A DNA stretch of 31,839 nt, from the NCBI GenBank assembly GCA_050300315.1, contig JBNKXM010000001.1, forward strand, positions 1 through 31,839, in the 5' to 3' direction. The notes below the pieces were generated by a model, which saw only the letters and a program-made list of their open reading frames with translations, was not told the origin of the DNA and did no database searches. Each line of letters starts with the position of its first letter. Position 1 is the first letter of the stretch. Positions 17,686 to 24,631 of the stretch are shown here, piece after piece. The position numbers and the translations under genes were made by a program. This stretch comes from Thalassotalea sp. (GTDB taxonomy: Bacteria; Pseudomonadota; Gammaproteobacteria; Enterobacterales; Alteromonadaceae).

Positions 17686-18095
17686 GCCTTATTCTTTTGA
17701 TGATGTGTAGCGCTAAGTTTATTATCATGTAGCCTAAAAAAAGCAGTATTATAAATTCCATTTTTTTCGCTCTTTATTAGACTTATCATTAATGCAAAGT
17801 TTAACACAGTAACGATTGTCATATAAACATTGTCTGATAAGAAGTAAGAATCGCTTACTGCATTTTCCCACGCCATAACATAATGAAAAACAACAATAGC
17901 AAGACCTGCAAGCGCGACACGGTTATCTTTATGCAAACAAAAAACAGTAAAACACAGCGAGCTTATAATAAACGCCATAGGTTCATAGCCAAAATAACTA
18001 CTAATGCAAAAAGCTACTATAGCCGCGAACGTCCATGTACTAATACACAAAACAAATACGACTACGTAGCATAAAAAGTAAAGATAATCTAACAT
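17682..18095 (-). CDS. Multi-pass membrane protein
   Basis: 137 aa, mostly hydrophobic segments. Confidence 0.6.
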   Translation of the reverse strand: MLDYLYFLCYVVVFVLCISTWTFAAIVAFCISSYFGYEPMAFIISSLCFTVFCLHKDNRVALAGLAIVVFHYVMAWENAVSDSYFLSDNVYMTIVTVLNFALMISLIKSEKNGIYNTAFFRLHDNKLSATHHQKNKA

Positions 18096-18096
18096 C

Positions 18097-18135
18097 TTAT
18101 TTCTTTGGTTTAGGCGGTCGTTTACTTGTTGCCAT
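18097..18135 (-). CDS. Putative 12-aa basic micropeptide MATSKRPPKPKK
   Basis: AGAGGT RBS 7 nt before ATG; its stop lies 1 nt before the next ATG. Confidence 0.4.
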   Translation of the reverse strand: MATSKRPPKPKK

Positions 18136-18159
18136 TGTGTTTACCTCTTGTTGTTTTAT

Positions 18160-18747
18160 TTAGGTTAGTATAGCACTTTCAGGTAATTCAAACCAAGCGA
18201 ACATCGACGAGAAGTATACAGGATCTACACTAGCGTTTTCGTATTCAAAAAGAAGCGTTGTATTCGGCTGAAATAACCTAAAAAGCCCTCTAGCATTAAT
18301 GCCGCCGCTAGCTCTATTGCCTGCTCCCACGCTTCCAAATATAGCTACATTTGAAACTATACTGGTTTGATCTATCGTTGCTGGTGCTGTGCATTCGAAC
18401 GCTGTTAAGCCGCTAGTAAATGGTGAGTTACTTCTTAGGCTTTTGACAGGTATTGAAGCGCCCTCGGTCACTGAGCCATAAGTTGTAAAAACACGGTAAA
18501 AAGCCCTTTCCTTGTCAGTAACTAGTTCCCTATCAATTAGCGCAACATAGCGGTCTATAGGTGTGTGAACTTGCACATATGTTTTTGTGGCTGCTGCTAT
18601 CGCTGTTTGGTGGTAGTCAATATAAAAAGCTCCACCTTGAGCGACAATATCATCGCGATAATTTAGATTTTGAACATAAAGTCTGTCAAGGTTATTGCCT
18701 TTAGCTGTTAGCTTGCTATTAAACCAACTAGAAAGATAATTAAACAT
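18160..18747 (-). CDS. Hypothetical virion-associated protein (start revised from 18759)
   Basis: GAGGT RBS before ATG 18747; beta-rich; downstream of the capsid genes. Confidence 0.6.
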   Translation of the reverse strand: MFNYLSSWFNSKLTAKGNNLDRLYVQNLNYRDDIVAQGGAFYIDYHQTAIAAATKTYVQVHTPIDRYVALIDRELVTDKERAFYRVFTTYGSVTEGASIPVKSLRSNSPFTSGLTAFECTAPATIDQTSIVSNVAIFGSVGAGNRASGGINARGLFRLFQPNTTLLFEYENASVDPVYFSSMFAWFELPESAILT

Positions 18748-18757
18748 TTTGTACCTC

Positions 18758-18787
18758 AAAAAAATAACCGCCCAGTTAAGGGCGGTA
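18758..18787 (-). terminator. Intrinsic terminator after the capsid operon
   Basis: ACCGCCC-N6-GGGCGGT hairpin followed by a U-rich tract on the minus strand. Confidence 0.75.
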
Positions 18788-18792
18788 AATTA

Positions 18793-18960
18793 TTAGCTTT
18801 CTTGTTTCTGCTTGCCCTGCTTAACCTCAGAAACGTTTTTGCATTTCTTTAGTAACTCTTGCAGTTCTTTGTCGTCGGTCTCAAACTCGCCAGATGGAAT
18901 GCTAATGAGCTTTTTACCTTGGCTTACAGTCTTGCCATTTGCTGGGATTAAAAACTTCAT
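18793..18960 (-). CDS. Small protein after the major capsid gene, 55 aa (not in the ORF track)
   Basis: MKFLIPANGKTVSQGKKLISIPSGEFETDDKELQELLKK...; GGGG-type RBS; position typical of small head accessory proteins. Confidence 0.65.
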   Translation of the reverse strand: MKFLIPANGKTVSQGKKLISIPSGEFETDDKELQELLKKCKNVSEVKQGKQKQES

Positions 18961-18970
18961 AGTTAACCCC

Positions 18971-20137
18971 TTACGCTAAGTTGTACAAGCGAGCCATGTG
19001 AGTTTTAGACTGGCGCACTTCCATTGCAAAGTCACCTAATACACGTACTCGCTCGCCGTCTTGCCCTGGCTGTGTAGCGTCTTTAGTTTGCCATGCGCCA
19101 GAATCAGAAGCGTTATTCGCAGCCATAGGAACAACAGAAATATAGTTCTTGTTGAATAACATTAACTCATCGTCAGCTAAGTTAGTATCAACAACGATAG
19201 TTGTTGCTGTGCCAAGTAACGGAATGTCAGACGGTAACATAGTTACTGAGCCTTCATCATTAGACCAGTCGGCTAAGCGTTGGCTTGAATAGTTAGCAGA
19301 GATTAGCGCGTTTAATTCACGAGCTTTGTCAATGCCAACAGCGATAGTGTCAGCCATGCCGCCACGTTTAACGATTTCAGCATTAAGGTTGTTGATTAAA
19401 TCTAATGTTAACACGCCAGCAGATGCGTCAGAAGTGATCGCACCAGCTTGGTCGAAGAAGTAACGCAAGCCGCCTGTATAGGTGTATTCAGTACCCGAGA
19501 TGGTTGATGTTGCTTTACGCCCACGAATTAACGCGCGATCCATTTGAATAACTAATTGACGGATACGCTCAGACACTTGGAATTGCAAGTCGTTGGTGTT
19601 TCCCCATTGCATTGTAGACAATGCACGACGAGACATTTCAACTGCTGTGTCCATAGTCTGAAAGAAGTTTTCAACTTTTTCAGGTTGGAAAATTCCATCG
19701 TTTTCAGCTAATGAGTTTTCACCGCGAGATGTTGCATCAATTGTTAATACAGCAGCGTCTGCAATATCGGCAGTAGTAGTACCACCAAACCCACGAACAA
19801 CAGTCAAGGCGTCGGCGACAACAGCAGTTACTTGGATAACCTCGTCTGAGCCTGTAGCCGAGAACGTCATACCTACGCGGAATTTAGCACCGTCACCGGT
19901 AGCAACATTAATAGTTGTTGCTGCGGCTAAAGCTGCACCGTTAGCAGTTGATGATGTCGCATCAATGCGAAAATCCAACCATCCCATTTTATAACCGTCA
20001 TACGCTTCGACTGGTGAGCCAAAGTTTACGACAGATAAAATACCTGTTCGGTTAGATCGTGCAATTTCAAATGCACCATTAATAATTTCTTGGTTTAGCG
20101 CGGCAGCTAATACGCCACTTGTTACTTCGTTAGCCAT
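18971..20137 (-). CDS. Major capsid protein (SU10/DUF5309-like, with an inserted beta domain)
   Basis: 388 aa after the scaffold gene; ENFFQTMDTAVEMSRRAL...YTGGLRYF...EVRQSKTHMARLYNL pattern. Confidence 0.88.
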   Translation of the reverse strand: MANEVTSGVLAAALNQEIINGAFEIARSNRTGILSVVNFGSPVEAYDGYKMGWLDFRIDATSSTANGAALAAATTINVATGDGAKFRVGMTFSATGSDEVIQVTAVVADALTVVRGFGGTTTADIADAAVLTIDATSRGENSLAENDGIFQPEKVENFFQTMDTAVEMSRRALSTMQWGNTNDLQFQVSERIRQLVIQMDRALIRGRKATSTISGTEYTYTGGLRYFFDQAGAITSDASAGVLTLDLINNLNAEIVKRGGMADTIAVGIDKARELNALISANYSSQRLADWSNDEGSVTMLPSDIPLLGTATTIVVDTNLADDELMLFNKNYISVVPMAANNASDSGAWQTKDATQPGQDGERVRVLGDFAMEVRQSKTHMARLYNLA

Positions 20138-20152
20138 GTTATAGCCCTTCTG

Positions 20153-20890
20153 TTAGTTAATTTTTAAACTTTCTTTAAGATAAGCATTCAAGTCGCCTTT
20201 TTTCTTTGCTTCTTGAGCTGCTTTATTTTGGTTCTGGGCACTGCCGCGATCATTTGAACCATTTGCCAAACCGCTACTGGTAGTAGTGAATTCAGCTTTA
20301 ATAAGACGGGCAAAGCGCTTTTCTTTTTTGATTAAAGCGATAAAACCGTCTTTGTCGACACTTAAAGCACTGCCTTGAACGTCGTGATAAATTTCTTTTC
20401 CTGTATTCGGATCTACTTTCACCCGATTACGAATTAATTCTGAGATAACCTCGCCATCTTCTTTGTCAATGCCTAGTGATAACCCAATGTTATCCGCGAT
20501 TGACTCAGCTTTTTGAGCGGCGCTTTTTTCTGCAAATTCAGTTGTTACGTTTTGCCGCTCTTCTTCACGAACTCGCTTTTCTAAATCTAACATTTGTTCT
20601 TGATAGCGCTTTTCGATTGCATCAACGTCTTTATTGTTTTTAGCATCTTCTAGCGCTTTAGCTTTTGCGGCCTCAATCTTTTCAGCTTGACTCGCCTCAA
20701 ACTCGCTTAATTTTGTCTGTGTTTCGTTAAACTTATTTCGATATTCTTCTTTTTCAGCTTTCGCATTCTTCATCGAATTGTATAACGCAACACTTCCTTT
20801 ATCTGCATAACCTTTTTTACCATCTAGCTCGTGTTCAACAAATTGTTCACGCATACTTTCTGGTAATGTTTCTAAATCTTCTACAAACAT
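20153..20890 (-). CDS. Capsid scaffolding protein (start revised from 20971)
   Basis: Charged coiled-coil protein directly upstream of the capsid gene; the track start overlaps the promoter module. Confidence 0.8.
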   Translation of the reverse strand: MFVEDLETLPESMREQFVEHELDGKKGYADKGSVALYNSMKNAKAEKEEYRNKFNETQTKLSEFEASQAEKIEAAKAKALEDAKNNKDVDAIEKRYQEQMLDLEKRVREEERQNVTTEFAEKSAAQKAESIADNIGLSLGIDKEDGEVISELIRNRVKVDPNTGKEIYHDVQGSALSVDKDGFIALIKKEKRFARLIKAEFTTTSSGLANGSNDRGSAQNQNKAAQEAKKKGDLNAYLKESLKIN

Positions 20891-20942
20891 AATCACTGAC
20901 CTGTTTTGGTTTAAATTTGCGACACTGCCACATTTAACTCCT

Positions 20943-20989
20943 ATAATACAACTGGTCAGACCACTATGCAAGTAAGCGTGTGCTATAGT
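20943..20989. promoter_or_regulatory. Divergent promoter module 6 with FadR-type box AACTGGTCAGACCACTA (20950-20966)
   Basis: Plus-strand TG-C-TATAGT (20984-20989); minus-strand TTGCAT-N17-TATTAT. Confidence 0.78.
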
Positions 20990-21018
20990 TGGTTTTTAAT
21001 GTTTGGTTGGAGAGAATT

Positions 21019-21207
21019 ATGATATATAGATTAGACGAGATCGTACAAACACCAAAAAAAGATAAATTTGGTGTCAATAGGACTGGACGTGTCGTTGATA
21101 TAAGCTATAGGCACATAGACACATTTACTAAATGCATAGTCTTAAAGATAGAAACTGATTTTGGATTTTATTTTTTCACAGCTGAAGAACTTGATGATGT
21201 TAACTAA
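21019..21207 (+). CDS. Hypothetical protein (start revised from 20989)
   Basis: GGAGAG RBS before ATG 21019. Confidence 0.6.
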   Translation: MIYRLDEIVQTPKKDKFGVNRTGRVVDISYRHIDTFTKCIVLKIETDFGFYFFTAEELDDVN

Positions 21208-21376
21208 TGGTTTACAAATGACCTGCTACATATCAAAACAAATAGCCATACACTGCGACGAGCCAAAGCCGTTAATATGTCCTAATTGCGGAAGTGAGCA
21301 CGGTACTATTAACAACGCAGGAGATCGACTCGAATGTGACTGCGGCTCATCGTTTTGGTTGGATGACCTAGATTAA
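21197..21376 (+). CDS. Small zinc-ribbon-like protein (start uncertain)
   Basis: CPNC...CDC motif. Confidence 0.5.
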   Translation: MLTNGLQMTCYISKQIAIHCDEPKPLICPNCGSEHGTINNAGDRLECDCGSSFWLDDLD

Positions 21377-21389
21377 TTGAGGGGGATTA

Positions 21390-21575
21390 GTGGGTAGCGG
21401 ACTAAACAGAAAAACAAGAAAAGTCGCATTAACAGAAGAGCAAAAGCGATTTTTGTTAGAAAATTCTAAAAAATACACTGTCGACGAACTGTGTGAAATG
21501 ATGGGCTTAAAGCCCGTTAAAATCATGAGCGAATGTTCGCGTATCGGGTGTGGGTATATGACGAGGAGGAAGTAA
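21390..21575 (+). CDS. Small HTH-like DNA-binding protein
   Basis: GTG start with GAGGGGG RBS; LTEEQKRFLLEN...TVDELCEMMGL.PVKI pattern. Confidence 0.55.
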   Translation: MGSGLNRKTRKVALTEEQKRFLLENSKKYTVDELCEMMGLKPVKIMSECSRIGCGYMTRRK

Positions 21576-21576
21576 A

Positions 21577-22086
21577 ATGAAAATAAACAGAGCTTGGGCT
21601 ATGCCAAATAAAAATACATTTAGCATAAAGCCGATAAATGAACTAATACAGCGATATATAAATGACCGAGTTTCAATATCAATAGACCCTTTTGCAAATA
21701 CAAATAGGTTGGCTAGGTTTTGTAATGACTTAGATCCGCAGTATGGCACAGAATTTTGTATGGATGCTTTAGATTTTTTAAAATCATTTGATGACAATAG
21801 TGTCGATCTTGTCTTGTTTGATCCTCCATATAGTCCAAGACAAGTTAGTGAATGTTATAAATCATTAGATGTGACAGTAAATATACAGACAACACAAGCC
21901 AGTTTTTGGGGTAATATGAAAAAGGAGATAGAAAGAATTACCATGAGCAATGGAATAGTAATTACTTTCGGATGGAATAGCGGCGGCATAGGGAAAACAA
22001 AAGGATTTAAAATAAAAGAAATATTAATGGTTGCGCATGGGGGTTGGCATAACGACACCATATGCACAGTAGAGGTTAAGGATTAA
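21577..22086 (+). CDS. Compact DNA adenine methyltransferase
   Basis: IDPFAN (SAM-binding-like) and LVLFDPPYSPRQ (motif IV); 169 aa. Confidence 0.8.
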   Translation: MKINRAWAMPNKNTFSIKPINELIQRYINDRVSISIDPFANTNRLARFCNDLDPQYGTEFCMDALDFLKSFDDNSVDLVLFDPPYSPRQVSECYKSLDVTVNIQTTQASFWGNMKKEIERITMSNGIVITFGWNSGGIGKTKGFKIKEILMVAHGGWHNDTICTVEVKD

Positions 22087-22090
22087 AACC

Positions 22091-23584
22091 CTAACCATCA
22101 ACAGGCGGCAAGTTCAAATTGCCGCCATCATTTTCTAGCTCTGCAATGGTGTCTTCAGCATCTTGAATATCCCAACCTCCATCAGCTAACTGTTTGGCAA
22201 CTTGATCACGAGTTCTTACGCCGTTGTTGTAAAGCTCGAGCAATACTTTAACTTCTTCCACTTGCATTTTAGGTGTTGCAAAGTCGCGAGGCAGTGTGAC
22301 AACAGCTTGATCGTACTGGTGAACTTCTTCTGGAGAAACCAACCCTTCGAACATAGCACAATAAGCTAATAGCTTTTCAAGGCCGTTCTCGACGCTTGTC
22401 GCAATCGTATCAAGTAAAGCGTTTTGTGATGTGGCAACAATATTAGCCTCTGTAGCTGTCATATTGCTAGCCTCCGCACCACTCTTGCCGCCCATTTCAG
22501 CTACTTGCTTTTTAGATTGTTCAAAGTACCAGTGGAAATCTTCCATTTCAGCTTGTGCGCTAACAACGTCAACTTCTACATTGTTTGGCAATCCATTCAT
22601 CGAGTAAGGACCCGACTCTATATTGTCGCGACCGTTAACTTCTTCGAATAAATCTTTATCACCTGTTCGCCAGCCTTTCGTGTAAGTTGTTGGCAATAAA
22701 GCTTTTTGGCATTCTTTATACAATGCGCTTGTTCTGTACCGATATAAAACTTTGTCGCTGATACCGTAAAGATAGCCGAGTGAACAAGGAAGCTTACCTG
22801 GTTGTGTTTCTTCGTCAGCGATAATGTCACCCGGGATAAACTTTAGCGGCTTACCGTTAACTAGATGATAATTTCTATCACCTAAAACACCGTCACCATT
22901 AGCGCCATAAACAATCTTTTGCTGGTAGTAATCGCCGTTATCGTCAAGTGCCAAAATGAGATAGCTTTGCACTTCTTGCGCAACATAATTGGTTGAGTCG
23001 AACACCTCGCCGCGCTCAAGCAGCATGATAAACGATAACTGCATAGCGCCATTGATGCGCGTAAAGTTCCAGTTGACGATGTTTTCACGAGAATATAACT
23101 TAGCAACCGCTTTTGGGTTAAGCGCCTTTAAATCTGCCAAGCTAATACTATCAAGATTAATTCCGCTTAAACCTTGATAATCAGCCAGCCAAAACTTAAA
23201 TTTAACTTGCAGCACATCATTAACGATTGATTCTGCGATATTTTTTAGTGATGCGCCGTCACCGTCCATATCGTCGAGCATGTAATTTAGCTTGTCTGGC
23301 AATTCAGCAGTGATGTCATCAAGTCGCATCTTACCGATTAATTCACGGCGCGTATCGTCAGTGTCGTTATCGAACTCAGCATTTAAAATATAATCATCGT
23401 AACGGGCTATTGCTCGTTTAGATGTCGTATCAGTTTGCGATGGATGTGGCAAATACTTATAGCGCTCACGTTTAACCTTGTTAGCGCCCTCAACACAATC
23501 ACGTACTTGCTCAATAGCTTTAATAGAGTAATTATAATTTTCGTGGGTGTTAACGCGAATACCGTTAATGCTATTAGTTGTCAT
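22091..23584 (-). CDS. Portal protein (DUF4055-like; start revised from 23605)
   Basis: About 500 aa; KYLP...RY..Y...A.F.N.T..T...L.G...D.DGDG pattern; upstream of the scaffold and capsid genes. Confidence 0.85.
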   Translation of the reverse strand: MTTNSINGIRVNTHENYNYSIKAIEQVRDCVEGANKVKRERYKYLPHPSQTDTTSKRAIARYDDYILNAEFDNDTDDTRRELIGKMRLDDITAELPDKLNYMLDDMDGDGASLKNIAESIVNDVLQVKFKFWLADYQGLSGINLDSISLADLKALNPKAVAKLYSRENIVNWNFTRINGAMQLSFIMLLERGEVFDSTNYVAQEVQSYLILALDDNGDYYQQKIVYGANGDGVLGDRNYHLVNGKPLKFIPGDIIADEETQPGKLPCSLGYLYGISDKVLYRYRTSALYKECQKALLPTTYTKGWRTGDKDLFEEVNGRDNIESGPYSMNGLPNNVEVDVVSAQAEMEDFHWYFEQSKKQVAEMGGKSGAEASNMTATEANIVATSQNALLDTIATSVENGLEKLLAYCAMFEGLVSPEEVHQYDQAVVTLPRDFATPKMQVEEVKVLLELYNNGVRTRDQVAKQLADGGWDIQDAEDTIAELENDGGNLNLPPVDG

Positions 23585-23613
23585 CGTAGAGCGCCTTAAA
23601 TTCAATTACTCTA

Positions 23614-23680
23614 ATTGTAAGGCTTTTGTTGTATTGGTTCAACTGGTCGGAGTTGTTGTTCGCTATTTATGTGTTAAGGT
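23614..23680. promoter_or_regulatory. Divergent promoter module 7 with FadR-type box AACTGGTCGGAGTTGTT (23641-23657)
   Basis: Plus-strand TG-T-TAAGGT (23675-23680); minus-strand TTGAAC-N17-TACAAT, whose -35 overlaps the box edge. Confidence 0.7.
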
Positions 23681-23711
23681 TGGTTTAGGAAATAACTAAG
23701 GAGTCAAAAAA

Positions 23712-23879
23712 ATGACAATCCCATACGAACTATTACTGGAAGCTAACGCCAAAGTAACCAAAGAAACAAAAAAGCGCAGACTTAGCGAGCGCGAGCAAAA
23801 AGCGCGCTCAATTAAACAACGATTAGACCAACTGAAATTAAAACGTGAATTAATGGAGATAGAAAATGAGCACAGCTAA
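23712..23879 (+). CDS. Small basic coiled-coil protein, 55 aa (not in the ORF track)
   Basis: AAGGAG RBS; MTIPYELLLEANAKVTKETKKRRLSEREQKARS... Confidence 0.6.
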   Translation: MTIPYELLLEANAKVTKETKKRRLSEREQKARSIKQRLDQLKLKRELMEIENEHS

Positions 23880-24327
23880 AAAGATTGAAGAACTACGCGC
23901 AAAGATTGATGAATTAGAAGCGCAGTTGAAAGCAGAACAAGATCCGATGTTTGATGATATTTATGTTGGTGATGATTATCTTTTTATATGTAGTCGTTTC
24001 AATGTATCGTTGAGTAATCATATAGGGCACGAGTTAGACGAAGAAAAACTAAAAATCGCAAACGCCTTCAAAGACAAAAAACAAGCACAAGCCTGTGCTG
24101 ATTATTTAAAAGATCGATTTTGGTTTATCAGGAAAGCAGTTGAGTTTGCTGATGAGTATGAGTTTAAGCGTAGAAATAGAAATTATTATGTTTTTTATAA
24201 TACTGGCGAAAACAAGTGGGGTTATGATCTCAATGACGATTTTAATGGAGGCTCTATCTACATGACTGAACAAAACGCCACTAAATTCTGTGAATGGCTA
24301 AACAAGCATAAGCCAGAGGGGTTTTAG
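23866..24327 (+). CDS. Hypothetical protein with an N-terminal coiled coil
   Basis: 153 aa, GGAG RBS. Confidence 0.7.
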   Translation: MSTAKKIEELRAKIDELEAQLKAEQDPMFDDIYVGDDYLFICSRFNVSLSNHIGHELDEEKLKIANAFKDKKQAQACADYLKDRFWFIRKAVEFADEYEFKRRNRNYYVFYNTGENKWGYDLNDDFNGGSIYMTEQNATKFCEWLNKHKPEGF

Positions 24328-24328
24328 T

Positions 24329-24631
24329 ATGATCACTATAAAACCAAAACTGTCCGAAGAATCATTTGAGGTAGGTGAATATTATGCTTATCCTAAATTC
24401 AGGAATTGCGAAGATAATTTAAGGTTTTATTATGAGCCAGATAATGCCCAACAAAATGCTTTTATAGAAATGGTAAAAGATAAAAGCATGATTTGTGATA
24501 TTGAGATTGAAATAGAGCGCGATATGATTCTGAATATAAGTGCCTTTGTTAATTTTGTGAAAATATCATGGGAAGTCGACAACTGCGCATATGTAGAGCT
24601 TGAAGTTATTATTCCACCCCAACACGCCTAG
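24329..24631 (+). CDS. Hypothetical protein; 3' end overlaps the head morphogenesis gene
   Basis: 100-aa ORF, 23-nt convergent overlap. Confidence 0.6.
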   Translation: MITIKPKLSEESFEVGEYYAYPKFRNCEDNLRFYYEPDNAQQNAFIEMVKDKSMICDIEIEIERDMILNISAFVNFVKISWEVDNCAYVELEVIIPPQHA

